Of a DNA stretch of 64,000 nt, positions 28,448 through 39,021 are shown in pieces. The stretch is taken from contig JAEOTC010000068.1 in assembly GCA_016840035.1 (NCBI GenBank), positions 19,128 to 83,127 of the forward strand, written 5' to 3'. The notes under the pieces were generated by a model. That model ran no database searches. It was not told the origin of the DNA and saw nothing but the letters and a program-made list of their open reading frames with translations. Position 1 is the stretch's first letter; each line of letters opens with the position of its first letter. A program made the translations under genes and the position numbers. Source of the stretch: Candidatus Hodarchaeota archaeon. Its GTDB lineage: Archaea; Asgardarchaeota; Heimdallarchaeia; Hodarchaeales; Hodarchaeaceae.

Positions 28448-30976
28448 TTATAATCCTATATAGCTGTTTTGTTCTCCTCTATTGAATAATTTTAAAGAGA
28501 GAATGTTTCCGATTCCCATCTCACTTCTGAGGTTGAAGAAGTAAAATGGATAATTGAAAACTAGGGCATCGATTTTATTGGGTGTTAAGCTCTTTGAGGT
28601 GCGTCCCTCTTGAAATTCAATTAAATCATCATTAATAGACAGGATTTTTGCTGGCGAACCGATATCAAAATCTTCTTTGTCATAGAGCGTAAACGACTCA
28701 TTTAGCTGCTGTAACCTTGAAAAGAAATGTCGTTCAATCTCCCAAGAACGAGTCTTTATCATCTGAATCTGTGGGGGTAAGTCAATAATGAGATCGCTAC
28801 CTTTTAATTCATATTCAACGTGTTTTTCATCAGTCATCAAAAATGTCGAAGTTTGAAAACTATCAAGAAGATTTGCTTCTTTTAAGATCCAGGGTTGTAC
28901 ACTTCCTTTTTTATATAAAAACCAGTAGCTAGAATTCTCAAAAGCTGTTAAGTTTAGGCCAATTGACTTAGAAGTGACTTTCTTACTGTTTAAGGCGAAG
29001 ATATACTTTTTAAACTTTCCATTTTTAATATCGACTCCTTTAAGAACAACTCTCTTCCCAGATTTTAGAAAATACTCTTGATTGGGATCAGCGAGAACGA
29101 AATCAAAATCACTTTTGTTAATATTGATTCTAGAACTAGATTCATCAGAAAATTCCACTTCAAACTCAATGGGTGATACAATATTCTCAGTTATCTTATA
29201 ACCAACAATCTTTCCCCAGAATGCCTCGTGCTTCTTTAATTTTGGTTTAGCTAAGACAAAATGATTTAGGTATTTTTTTGCAGATTCTTCTTCATATGTA
29301 ATTTCTAAGTAGTCGTCAATTGATCCAAAGTCTCGTATATACTTCGTTGACAAGAGTCGAGCCATTTCTGAATGAGATTCCTGTAATTTCTTAATGGATC
29401 GCCCTCTGAATCCAGGAAGTAATAAAGTCCAAATCATAAGACCTGCTCTAATCGCTCCAATGGAATGATCAACCTGCATGGCTATTCTAATCGATGTAAG
29501 GGGATGTGAAGCTATCAAATTCATAAAGCAAGTCATTCGACTTGGTGATAAATTATGATACAAGTAGTAAGCCTGATCGCCCATAAATCGGATATTCTCA
29601 TCTCTTGATCGTTTTTTCCCAGTCATCAACTGTGTGTTAAAACCGATTTCCCCTGCGATACCATAATAAAATCCTTCGAGACGATATAAGGACTCTGCTA
29701 ATTCAATTCCATAACCCTTTTCTCGCGTTATTCTGTCAGCTTGTCCCTCTAGCATCTTTACAAATGTCAACAAGAAGGCAAAAAGACCAATGTTTAGTAA
29801 CCAGAATGATAAGAAATCCCATGTTTGTTCTCCTAGAAAGACATATTCCCAATAAGTTGATGGTGCCTTGATAATGAGCTTAAAGATTAGTTCAAATGCT
29901 GTGATACCCAATAATATCAATGTATGCTTTCTTTGGACGTGAGCAAGTTCATGTGCAGTTATCCCTCGGATTTCTGCATCTGTGAATTGGTCCAAATCGG
30001 AGGCAATATAAGCGATCCGCTGATCAAACCATGGGCCGAAGGCAAAAGCATTTAATATTGGTGCCTGAACAATCCCAATACTGCGTATCGGTGTATCTAT
30101 TTTTGATTGTACCTCTGTCACAATCTTCTGTACTCTTTCATCATTTAATGGCTTGATTCCGTATAGGAAAGTCAATAGGTAACCTGAAATTAAGTAAATA
30201 AAACAATTAACCAGGAAGATTGCTGGGTACTTTACAATATCTGGAAGATCCAATTGGGTAAGTACGAGAATTGCTACCAAGTATAAGACAACATATGTCA
30301 TCTGGGGACTAATAAAGCGCGTTACTACAATGAATTTCCTACCAAAGAGAAGAAATGCTGTAAAAACCATGACCCAGATAATTAAATTATATCCAATTCC
30401 TATAAAGAATTGCTGAATCTCAATTGCACTACTAAATCCGATTGAAACAAGAAAATTTTTAATTGATACACCTAAAGTTGGTAAACCTTTTGTTGTTATA
30501 AATCCGATAGCAACCATGATAAAGAAGAATCCGTAGCTTACCGTAAAGGTCGCCATCATTCGTACCCATATTGGATTCTCACGAACTTCAAAAGTACCAA
30601 TGACCATTAAACCCATGATACCAGCTAACCCTGATAATAACATATCTCCTGTAAGAGCAAATAATCCAGTCCCTAGAAATCCAATTGCGGATAATTCCAT
30701 GATATCGGGATAAGATCGATATTTCATGTATTTCCGTAATTCTAAAAGGAAAACTATGAGAAGTACAACTGAAATAACACCAAATATAATTCGTTCTGTT
30801 GAAAAAGAGTCTAATAGACTCATTAGATCCATTTGTGATAACACTATCGCTTTCACCTTAGTAGAAAAGCCCAGCAGGGAGTTTGGATGTAAATATGCCA
30901 TTAATCCTACAATATAAATGCCTACTGAACAGTTCTTCACACTACAACCTTGACACGAAATTATAAATAATGTCAT
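28448..30976 (-). CDS. M48-family (HtpX/Ste24-like) zinc metalloprotease, polytopic, with ~330-aa C-terminal cytoplasmic extension
   Basis: HEXXH motif GITAHELAHVQRKH flanked by multiple TM helices. The start is uncertain; the ATG at 30832 (MDLMSLLD) is plausible. Confidence 0.75.
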   Translation of the reverse strand: MTLFIISCQGCSVKNCSVGIYIVGLMAYLHPNSLLGFSTKVKAIVLSQMDLMSLLDSFSTERIIFGVISVVLLIVFLLELRKYMKYRSYPDIMELSAIGFLGTGLFALTGDMLLSGLAGIMGLMVIGTFEVRENPIWVRMMATFTVSYGFFFIMVAIGFITTKGLPTLGVSIKNFLVSIGFSSAIEIQQFFIGIGYNLIIWVMVFTAFLLFGRKFIVVTRFISPQMTYVVLYLVAILVLTQLDLPDIVKYPAIFLVNCFIYLISGYLLTFLYGIKPLNDERVQKIVTEVQSKIDTPIRSIGIVQAPILNAFAFGPWFDQRIAYIASDLDQFTDAEIRGITAHELAHVQRKHTLILLGITAFELIFKLIIKAPSTYWEYVFLGEQTWDFLSFWLLNIGLFAFLLTFVKMLEGQADRITREKGYGIELAESLYRLEGFYYGIAGEIGFNTQLMTGKKRSRDENIRFMGDQAYYLYHNLSPSRMTCFMNLIASHPLTSIRIAMQVDHSIGAIRAGLMIWTLLLPGFRGRSIKKLQESHSEMARLLSTKYIRDFGSIDDYLEITYEEESAKKYLNHFVLAKPKLKKHEAFWGKIVGYKITENIVSPIEFEVEFSDESSSRININKSDFDFVLADPNQEYFLKSGKRVVLKGVDIKNGKFKKYIFALNSKKVTSKSIGLNLTAFENSSYWFLYKKGSVQPWILKEANLLDSFQTSTFLMTDEKHVEYELKGSDLIIDLPPQIQMIKTRSWEIERHFFSRLQQLNESFTLYDKEDFDIGSPAKILSINDDLIEFQEGRTSKSLTPNKIDALVFNYPFYFFNLRSEMGIGNILSLKLFNRGEQNSYIGL

Positions 30977-31028
30977 TTTTCTCCTTGAATGCAGTTAGAT
31001 ATTCAAAAAGTTGCTGTGTGATGTATAA

Positions 31029-31910
31029 GTGAAAGGTTCCTCCAAACCTGAATGGATTCGAGCGAAGCTTCCAACGGAGACGAAATTTAAAGAAGTAAAT
31101 AAGCTAATCGACGGTCAAGGGCTTCATACTGTTTGTAAAGAAGCGTTTTGTCCGAATAGAACAGAATGCTGGGAATCTGGAACCGCAACATTCTTGTTAA
31201 TGGGTTCTTATTGCACCAGAGCCTGTAAATTTTGTGATGTGGAAACAAGAAATCCTCACCAATTTCTAGATGAAGAAGAACCAAGGAAATTGGCTGAAGC
31301 GGTTAACGAACTTAATCTCAAATTCACTGTTCTTACATCTGTTACAAGGGATGATCTCCCAGATGGGGGTGCTGAACATCTTGCGAAGTGTATTAGGATG
31401 ATAAAGCGGAAAAATCCTACAACATTAGTGGAAATTCTTATACCAGATTTTAAGGGGAATATTCTTTCATTAAAGAAAATAATCGAGGCTAAACCAGAAG
31501 TAATAGGCCATAATATTGAAACCACAGAAATTTTGACACCAAAAATACGCGATCGAAGAGCAAAATATCAACAATCATTATTTGTCCTGAAGACAATTAA
31601 AGAAATAGACTCCACAATTTTAACAAAATCTTCATTAATGTTAGGCTTTGGAGAAACTGATGAACAAATTTTCTCTTCACTCAATGACCTAAAACGAGCC
31701 AATGTGGATATAGTTACTTTAGGTCAATACCTTCAACCTTCCAGAAAAGCTCTTCCAGTTCAAGAGTATGTGGAACCAAGTGAGTTTGTATATTGGGAAA
31801 AAATCGCTCAAAAAATCGGATTTTCGGCCGTTGTATCTGGACCTCTAGTAAGAAGTTCCTATCAAGCAGGAATACAATATTCTAAAGTCAAACAACTCTC
31901 GAAGGAATGA
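31029..31910 (+). CDS. lipA: lipoyl synthase
   Basis: Auxiliary cluster motif CKEAFCPNRTEC and radical-SAM motif CTRACKFCDV. C-terminal RSSY motif (VRSSYQA). GTG start. Confidence 0.95.
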   Translation: MKGSSKPEWIRAKLPTETKFKEVNKLIDGQGLHTVCKEAFCPNRTECWESGTATFLLMGSYCTRACKFCDVETRNPHQFLDEEEPRKLAEAVNELNLKFTVLTSVTRDDLPDGGAEHLAKCIRMIKRKNPTTLVEILIPDFKGNILSLKKIIEAKPEVIGHNIETTEILTPKIRDRRAKYQQSLFVLKTIKEIDSTILTKSSLMLGFGETDEQIFSSLNDLKRANVDIVTLGQYLQPSRKALPVQEYVEPSEFVYWEKIAQKIGFSAVVSGPLVRSSYQAGIQYSKVKQLSKE

Positions 31911-32237
31911 ATCAAAACGAGATCGAAAAATACTATGAATACAATATGAAAGATTTTTGAGCTCTTTCATTAATTGGAATAGACTAAGACTGTTTCTGCG
32001 GATTCACTAGTAAAACCTTCCTTAAATCGAATATTCTAACTAGATATAAAAAGTCGCATCTCGATTTTCATATCGACATTTAAAAGAAAGATATGTCTGG
32101 AATCTGAAAATGGGAATATTACGAAAACTATTCAGAGTATTTGTCATGCTTGTACAAGATTAAATAGAATTAAAATGATCGGAACATTTCTCTAGATAGG
32201 CATTAAAATCTAAAATTGGGTGTTGGTTCGATTAGGA

Positions 32238-33239
32238 ATGAGTCAGGGAAATCATGTTAACCATCAAAAATGTCCAGAGTGCGGAGCAGTCGATAATATA
32301 GTTTCTGATCCTAGATCGGGTCAATGGATTTGTGCGTGTTGTGGGGTTGTGGTAGACTCTTTAATGTTTGATCAAGGTCCTGAATGGAGAGCTTATGATT
32401 ACCAAGAGGAACAGGATCGTTCTAGAGGAGGCTCACCATTATCACTACTTCAACCTGATTTTGGAATAAAAACTCAGATTAGTAAATCAAGAAAAGACGG
32501 GAAAGGGAGAAAACTATCATCAAATAAGAGATTAGCGTACAATCGATTAACAAATGTCGATAATCATGCCCATGAAAGCGAGATTCGAAACTTAAGAATA
32601 GCTCTGAGAGAACTTAAAAGACTAAGAAGCCAGATGGAGTTACCAGAAAGAACAGCTCAAATGGCAAGTTCATATTATAGGCAATGTCTTAAGAAAAATT
32701 TGATTCGTGGCCGTTCGATTGATGGAATGATAGCAGCAAGTCTCTATCTTGCTTGTCGAAAAACTAAAATTCCCCTCACACTTAAGGATGTCTCCATCAA
32801 TGCAAATGTATCTGCAAAAGAGCTAGGTCGATGTGTTAGGACAATTATCCAACACCTAAGAACAAAACCTGACTCTGGAAGACACGAAGCTCTAATTCAT
32901 CGCTTGGGAGAAGAATTATCACTTTCCATGCCCACCCGTATGATTGCGGTGAAAATTGCTGTAAAAACACGAGAATGTGGGATAACAGTAGGTAAAAACC
33001 CAATGTCGATCGCTGCAGCGTGCCTCTATATTGCTGGTGTTAAAACAGGGGAACGCCGAACTCAACAACAGATTGCTCGTGCGGCTAAAACGACTCCAGT
33101 TACTATTAGAAATCGGTTCAAAGAAATTGTACGAATTCTAGGAATGGATGATATTGAAGTGAAACGTGGAGCTGCTGCAATTCCTGTTTTTATTGAAGAT
33201 CCGCGGGCGTTGTTAAGCTCGACTCAAAATGCGTTTTAA
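32238..33239 (+). CDS. tfb: transcription initiation factor IIB (TFB)
   Basis: N-terminal zinc ribbon CPECG...CACCG and two cyclin-fold repeats (GRSIDGMIAASLYLACR and NPMSIAAACLYIAG). The track ORF starts at GTG 32220. I prefer the ATG at 32238. Confidence 0.95.
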   Translation: MSQGNHVNHQKCPECGAVDNIVSDPRSGQWICACCGVVVDSLMFDQGPEWRAYDYQEEQDRSRGGSPLSLLQPDFGIKTQISKSRKDGKGRKLSSNKRLAYNRLTNVDNHAHESEIRNLRIALRELKRLRSQMELPERTAQMASSYYRQCLKKNLIRGRSIDGMIAASLYLACRKTKIPLTLKDVSINANVSAKELGRCVRTIIQHLRTKPDSGRHEALIHRLGEELSLSMPTRMIAVKIAVKTRECGITVGKNPMSIAAACLYIAGVKTGERRTQQQIARAAKTTPVTIRNRFKEIVRILGMDDIEVKRGAAAIPVFIEDPRALLSSTQNAF

Positions 33240-33296
33240 AATATCCCTCTACTCTTTTTCTCTCGGTAAATCAAGTACTGTTCTCAATTCAGTATT

Positions 33297-34568
33297 TTAT
33301 GTTGAAATCCTGTTCGTTGTTTTTGTCTTATGTTCGAAAATTAAAAATCCAAGTACTAATCCAATCGTGTGAAATACGAGAAGAAAAATCCCCATTAAAG
33401 CATTATCTGAAGCTAAAAGTAGCAGATATGCATTTAAAAACTCAAAAACAAGAATGAGTATCGTATTCCGAATAAGGGGGTTTCTATATTCCGTGATGTT
33501 AAGGTGAATGTTTAAATTCAAATTTTTATTCCCTTTAATGATAATTCCAGCCAATCGTCCAAGAATAATTATTGATATTATTATAAGAAGGAGGAAAGCA
33601 ATTATTAGTAAAATATCCAGAAATTTCATTATTTCTGGGGTAGAAATTCCCAATTGGGCTAAAAGCGAAAATATATTCCACAGAGAATGGAGAAGAAAAG
33701 AAAAGAATAATCCATATCTGTAATATATGAGTGCAAGGATAATTCCAAGGAAGAATACCACAAAAAGATGCTCAATAGTATACCTGAGCGACCCATTCTG
33801 TAAATCTGCTGGTAAGTGATTAAGACTAAAGATAACACTACTCAGAAATACAACTGGATATTTCGAGGGAATCCTCTCTTCTAGAAATGAAATCACATGT
33901 TGACGGAATACGATTTCTTCAAATAAGGGGCCAATAATTATCACTAGAAGAGAAAATAAGAGTTTTATAAGATTATTTGCGAAATAATCATCATATGGAG
34001 TTGAATATGCTGGTGGAACAGAGAAGAAATCAAGGAAATGTTCAAGAAGCGTGAGAAAGATCTCTAAAAGCCCTAGTGAAGTAAGAAAGATAATCCCCGT
34101 CAATAATACTATCCTTTGTTTATTTTTCACAGGCCTAATCTTCTTAACAGTAAATGGAACTATTTTAACCAAAAGAATAACGAAGACTAAATCTGATATA
34201 ATTGTAATAATGAGGGTGAGTAAATTTAATAATTCGGCATCACTAGATATCTTGAAAGGTAAGAAAAGAATAATGACAATACTCGTGATAGATTGAATAA
34301 TAAAGTAAGAAGAAAAGATGAATATTATCAATAAGCTTGAATCGAATGGAAGAAGACGTGTAATAAACCAAGGTGTTGAATTATGTGGTGAAAGTTGTGC
34401 ATCAAATGCATGAGGAGTGTGACAAGTTGGACATGCTAATAAATCATAATTATACCTATTATTACAATTCTCACAGGAAATAGTCCTTTCTATCTTCCCC
34501 CCACAAAAGATACAATAATTTTTATAAGGAATTTCATTACCACAATGAGGACATAAAACCTTAGACAT
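33297..34568 (-). CDS. CPBP-family (CAAX protease-like) intramembrane glutamic protease with N-terminal double zinc ribbon
   Basis: CPHCG...CIFCGG and CENC...CPTCH at the N-terminus. CPBP motifs LFEEIVFRQ, FSLNHL and HSLWN. About 8 or more TM helices. Confidence 0.8.
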   Translation of the reverse strand: MSKVLCPHCGNEIPYKNYCIFCGGKIERTISCENCNNRYNYDLLACPTCHTPHAFDAQLSPHNSTPWFITRLLPFDSSLLIIFIFSSYFIIQSITSIVIILFLPFKISSDAELLNLLTLIITIISDLVFVILLVKIVPFTVKKIRPVKNKQRIVLLTGIIFLTSLGLLEIFLTLLEHFLDFFSVPPAYSTPYDDYFANNLIKLLFSLLVIIIGPLFEEIVFRQHVISFLEERIPSKYPVVFLSSVIFSLNHLPADLQNGSLRYTIEHLFVVFFLGIILALIYYRYGLFFSFLLHSLWNIFSLLAQLGISTPEIMKFLDILLIIAFLLLIIISIIILGRLAGIIIKGNKNLNLNIHLNITEYRNPLIRNTILILVFEFLNAYLLLLASDNALMGIFLLVFHTIGLVLGFLIFEHKTKTTNRIST

Positions 34569-34721
34569 AGAAGGATCAACTAATGTTATATAAAGAGAGT
34601 TCCGCTATAAAGGTATTGGTTTAGGAAACGTATTAAATATAACGCTTAAAATTGAGATCGAAAGGTTCATTCTTCTACACGTCCGAAGACTTCGTATTAC
34701 TTAAACGAAGAGGGTATTTCA

Positions 34722-35729
34722 GTGCTACAACAATTTATTGACGAAGAAATAATGGAAAATTTGTCTAATCAGCTCAATTCAGCAATTGAGGGACTTGAAA
34801 GTCCGACGAAAGATCGGATTCGAGAATTCATTCTTTCTACAAAGGGTAAACAATTGCGTCCTGCTCTTATCGCAGTTACTACAAAACTTCTATCTCAAAA
34901 TACAGATTCAGAGGAATCACGATTAGCTCGGGCTTATAGATTTGCTGTTGTGATTGAACTATTACATAACATGACTCTGATTCATGATGATTTAATCGAT
35001 AATGCTCCCATACGTCGTGGAAAAGATGCTTTTCATATCCGGCATGGCGCTGATCGGGCTTTACATGATGGCGATGTACTTCATGCCTATGCCTTAACCT
35101 TAATCAAAGATGATCCTGCAGGTCTTAAGCTAGTTGTTGATTATGCATATCAGGTTGGTTTAGGTAATGCAATAGAACTTGAAGATAGGCTTGATCAGAA
35201 TTTTGAATTTGATATGTCGCGTATCATAAAAATCATGGAATACAAAACTGCTGTAGTATTCGCTGGATGCGTAAGATTGGGGTGTTTAGCTGCAAACCGG
35301 GAAGACCTTTTTACTGAAGAATTGAACAAAGCTATATGTGCAGCTGGAATTGCATTTCAGATTCAAGATGATTATTTAGATATCCTCGGCAATCCTGAGG
35401 AATTTGGGAAGATACAATTCTGGGACATTCAGGAATCAAAACGAAACCTTTTCCTATATTTCTCGATGAAAACGCCCTCCTCCTCAAAGATCAAAGAAAT
35501 TTTTAACAAAGATATCGGAAAGAAGAGCGAGGAAGATATTAAAATCGTTTTAGAAGCGTTTGGTAAAATTCAAGATAAGGTAAAGGAAGTACGCGACCAA
35601 TATGCAAAAATTGCCATCGATGGTTTAAAAGCGATTCAGACCAACATCAATGAAGATGATTATCAAGCTGAAGAATTAATAGAGTTCTTATTAATCCTAA
35701 CGAAATATCTAATTGAACGCAGTAAATAA
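34722..35729 (+). CDS. polyprenyl diphosphate synthase (trans-IPPS, GGPP synthase-like)
   Basis: First aspartate-rich motif LIHDDLID and second motif QIQDDYLD. GTG start. Confidence 0.9.
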   Translation: MLQQFIDEEIMENLSNQLNSAIEGLESPTKDRIREFILSTKGKQLRPALIAVTTKLLSQNTDSEESRLARAYRFAVVIELLHNMTLIHDDLIDNAPIRRGKDAFHIRHGADRALHDGDVLHAYALTLIKDDPAGLKLVVDYAYQVGLGNAIELEDRLDQNFEFDMSRIIKIMEYKTAVVFAGCVRLGCLAANREDLFTEELNKAICAAGIAFQIQDDYLDILGNPEEFGKIQFWDIQESKRNLFLYFSMKTPSSSKIKEIFNKDIGKKSEEDIKIVLEAFGKIQDKVKEVRDQYAKIAIDGLKAIQTNINEDDYQAEELIEFLLILTKYLIERSK

Positions 35730-35755
35730 CCGCGAATATTTATCCAACAAACGGA

Positions 35756-36613
35756 TTGGCTCAAATGAGCAAACATAAGGATATTCATAAGTATACAATA
35801 GAATTTACGGAAAATTTCTGGATAAATTTGTTAGAAGTTGCTGGACATGGAAACGTAAAACAATTTATTATCCAAGCTCTTAAAGTAGCGTTAGAAGCTA
35901 GAACAATAAAATCATTAATCCTCTGTGGAGGAAAAGGAACGGGATTTCGACCTTTATCTGTTGCAACTCCCGCTGTTATGCTTCCAATTGGATATAAACC
36001 GATTCTCGAATATTCTATTGATCTTTTAAGGAAACATGCACTAACTGAAGTATTTCTGTCCGTTGGTTACAGAAAAGACCACATACAACACCTTTTTTCG
36101 GAGAAAGAGTTCCCAGGTGTTAATATTGGGTTCATTTCGGAGGAAGATCCATTAGATACTGCAGGTGCAGTACTAAATGCAAAAAAACAATTCAAATCTA
36201 CATTTTTAGTTATGAATGGAGATCTAATTACAAATATTGATTTGAACAAACTACTCGAATTTCACCGTAGTGTGGTAAAAAAGGGGGGGATAGCTACTAT
36301 GTTCGTGTTAGAACAGGAAAACAGTCAAGTGGAAATTGATTCCGATAGTAATCAGATAACAACATTTGTTAATAGTAGGAAGAAGGGTTTTAATTTTGTG
36401 AATGCAGGTGTATATATATTTGAGCCTGAACTTTTTCCTTATATCGATAAAGAAGTCTCCTCACTAGAGAAAGACATTTTTCCAGTATTAAGTAATGAAG
36501 GATTGATATATGGTTATCTTCCTGAAACGCAAGTTTATTGGAAACATATCAATTCACCAGAAAAATACCAAGAGGGATGGGCTGATTTTCTTTCTGGAAA
36601 ACTAGATTTTTAA
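35756..36613 (+). CDS. sugar-1-phosphate nucleotidylyltransferase with short N-terminal extension
   Basis: LILCGGKGTGFRPLS (GxGxRxxPL signature) and NAGVYIFEP. The N-terminal ~50 aa (NVKQFIIQALKVALE) are possibly ribbon-helix-helix-like. Confidence 0.85.
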   Translation: MAQMSKHKDIHKYTIEFTENFWINLLEVAGHGNVKQFIIQALKVALEARTIKSLILCGGKGTGFRPLSVATPAVMLPIGYKPILEYSIDLLRKHALTEVFLSVGYRKDHIQHLFSEKEFPGVNIGFISEEDPLDTAGAVLNAKKQFKSTFLVMNGDLITNIDLNKLLEFHRSVVKKGGIATMFVLEQENSQVEIDSDSNQITTFVNSRKKGFNFVNAGVYIFEPELFPYIDKEVSSLEKDIFPVLSNEGLIYGYLPETQVYWKHINSPEKYQEGWADFLSGKLDF

Positions 36614-36664
36614 CTTTACATCGAGTTACTCTCCCAAACCAGTATTATTCAGGGAAATTGCTCA

Positions 36665-38191
36665 ATGCTAATATTAAGAAGGGTTACTTTTGTTTTAGAC
36701 TTTCTAGCATATACTGTACTTGTTTTTATACCCTTTTATGTGATGATATGCGTTATCGAAATTTTTAATACATCAAACATCTCTATAATTCTCTTTAATA
36801 TGTTATTACTAATTATAGAAGTAATAGGATTAACATTTTCATATTATCTTATTAGTATGATTTCAGGATCGATTTTCTTTAGAACCTCAGGACGAACGTT
36901 TGAGAAGAACGCGAAAGAGGAGCCTTTTTTCAGTGTTATTGTGCCTTCACACGGAACTCCTTATTCAATCCTAGAACAGACTCTCATTGGGGTTCTTAAC
37001 TTTGATTATGGAAATTATGAGTTGATAGTTAGCGATAATGGAAAGCTCCCAGATGTGACAAAAAAACTCAGAAAGTTCTGCGTCCAAAATAATATTGACT
37101 ATTATCACAAAAAAGATGAGAGGGGATTTAAAGCTGGGAATATTAATGCAGTATTCACCTATACGAAGGGAGATTATATTGTTATTCTTGATTCAGATCA
37201 TATCCCAGTTTCGAACCTGCTCCGAAAATTTGTATCAGTAATAAAAGATCCTAATATTGGTTTCGTCCAAGCAAAGGTTTCTTATCGAAATGTAAATCGA
37301 ATGTATCAAAAAGCAAACTCATTTTTATATTCTCAATTCTATGAAGTTATCGAAGCAGCGAAAGATAGACACGGTATGGTACTATTCAACGGTACAACAG
37401 GATGTTTTCGAAGATCGGTATTAGAAGAGATAGGAGGATTTGCTGAAGATACTCTGATTGAAGATATCGATACTTCAATGCAAATAATTGCGCGTGGGTA
37501 TGAAGGCCGATTCATTAATTTTATTGGATCTTATGGACTCGTTCCAGCATCAGCTAAAGCTCAAATCTCCCAACTATGGAGATGGACTCATGGAGCATGT
37601 AACATCCTTCGGATCAGATTAAATCTAATACTCTCGACTCCACACATTGGATTTTTGAAGAAATTTGAATTGATATTGAATGCTATGGCTTTTTTTTCGG
37701 GAATAAGTATAGTGTTCTTCTTTAGCTTACTGGCTCTCATGATTTATCTTGATGTCCCAATTCTCCGACCCTCTTTCTTTTTGATGAACGCTTTGTATTT
37801 GATGCCACTTCTTGTTAGCACTTCTTTTTCAATAATTACAATACTTACTATTATATGGGAAGACAAAAAAGACCATTTTGTAATTAGAATGCTCCATCTA
37901 ATTCCTTATTACCTATTTTCTTTGGGTTCATTTCTTTTTCTTATATCTGGAGTAATTGAGGGATTATTACTTTATAATACTCCCAAGAGCGAATCTAGTG
38001 TCTGGGATAGGCAGTTTAATATCCTGAGAAATTCACTTCTGGCTATATTGTATACAGGACTGATAGTGTTGCTTACACTATACTCCCTACCCAATGAATT
38101 CTCATTCTTCATTCTTGGAGGAACTATTTCCTGGGTGTTTGCACCTATAATGTTAATTTGGGAGGAATTTTTTCCCCCAGATAAGGAATAA
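36665..38191 (+). CDS. processive family-2 glycosyltransferase (cellulose/chitin/hyaluronan synthase-like), polytopic
   Basis: D,D,D,QxxRW signature: VSDNG, ILDSDH, LIEDID and QLWRW. TM helices lie on both sides of the catalytic domain. Confidence 0.85.
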   Translation: MLILRRVTFVLDFLAYTVLVFIPFYVMICVIEIFNTSNISIILFNMLLLIIEVIGLTFSYYLISMISGSIFFRTSGRTFEKNAKEEPFFSVIVPSHGTPYSILEQTLIGVLNFDYGNYELIVSDNGKLPDVTKKLRKFCVQNNIDYYHKKDERGFKAGNINAVFTYTKGDYIVILDSDHIPVSNLLRKFVSVIKDPNIGFVQAKVSYRNVNRMYQKANSFLYSQFYEVIEAAKDRHGMVLFNGTTGCFRRSVLEEIGGFAEDTLIEDIDTSMQIIARGYEGRFINFIGSYGLVPASAKAQISQLWRWTHGACNILRIRLNLILSTPHIGFLKKFELILNAMAFFSGISIVFFFSLLALMIYLDVPILRPSFFLMNALYLMPLLVSTSFSIITILTIIWEDKKDHFVIRMLHLIPYYLFSLGSFLFLISGVIEGLLLYNTPKSESSVWDRQFNILRNSLLAILYTGLIVLLTLYSLPNEFSFFILGGTISWVFAPIMLIWEEFFPPDKE

Positions 38192-38200
38192 AACAAATTT

Positions 38201-38803
38201 TTACTCGGTCAAAAATCTATACCGACTTGCACCAATGAAATGAGCAATTCTAATCGCTTCAGGTATAGTTCCAACCGCAGTACATTTTTTTATGAGTTGG
38301 TAAGCATTTGTTAATGTTATACCAGCCATTTGTAAGTATAAACGCGGTTTTATTTGGACTTCTTGTGGCTCTCCTGCCCTTTTCATTGAATCCCAACGGA
38401 CTTGACTATCGCTGAAAACTTTCTCAAGTGCAGAATGGATTTTTTCAAAATTTGGAAATCTCCTAAGGACAACAATGACTGGTATCTGTGTCATTTTCCA
38501 AAGAAGGTGTATGTCAATGACTCCAAAGCCTGCAATAGTGATTCCCTGAAGTAGAATGGCTCTGATTTGGTCTTTATGTGAGCTGTCTAAGATCATATCT
38601 GACAGAACATTTGTCGCCTGTGGATCGTCTCTTTCAAGCTCATTTTGAATGATACCATCTACATAAGCCGCCCCTTTCATTACAACTCCAAAGACAGGTA
38701 TTTTTTCATTATTTGTCGAGAAACGGTCAAATCCCCCGTCATCAATTCCGATGATAGGGGTTTTTGACTTAATGCTTCGCCATTGTCTGATGGATTCAAA
38801 CAC
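38201..38803 (-). CDS. UPF0215 / DUF99 family protein (predicted endonuclease-like fold)
   Basis: IIGIDDGGF, ILLQGITIAGFGVIDI, PVIVVLRR and IPEAIRIAHFIG match the conserved archaeal DUF99 blocks. Confidence 0.85.
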   Translation of the reverse strand: MFESIRQWRSIKSKTPIIGIDDGGFDRFSTNNEKIPVFGVVMKGAAYVDGIIQNELERDDPQATNVLSDMILDSSHKDQIRAILLQGITIAGFGVIDIHLLWKMTQIPVIVVLRRFPNFEKIHSALEKVFSDSQVRWDSMKRAGEPQEVQIKPRLYLQMAGITLTNAYQLIKKCTAVGTIPEAIRIAHFIGASRYRFLTE

Positions 38804-38835
38804 TTTTTCCCGTGCAACCTCAATTCAAAATATAT

Positions 38836-39021
38836 TCAATATGAATCTCGAGATTGGGCAATAAATGCGTTTCCACGAAGACTCCAAAGCTCATCTTTCA
38901 GCATGTCACGGATAGCAAATCTTATGGCTTCACTTCGATTTGGATATCTACCCGTCCTTACTAGCTCATCAAGGCCACTAACCTGATCGTTTGGTAGATG
39001 CACTGTGATTAATTTCATCAT
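38836..39021 (-). CDS. CopG/Arc/MetJ ribbon-helix-helix DNA-binding protein
   Basis: KLITVHLPNDQVSGLDELVRTGRYPNRSEAIRFAIRDML is a classic beta-strand/helix/helix RHH pattern. It lies directly upstream of DUF99. Confidence 0.85.
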   Translation of the reverse strand: MMKLITVHLPNDQVSGLDELVRTGRYPNRSEAIRFAIRDMLKDELWSLRGNAFIAQSRDSY

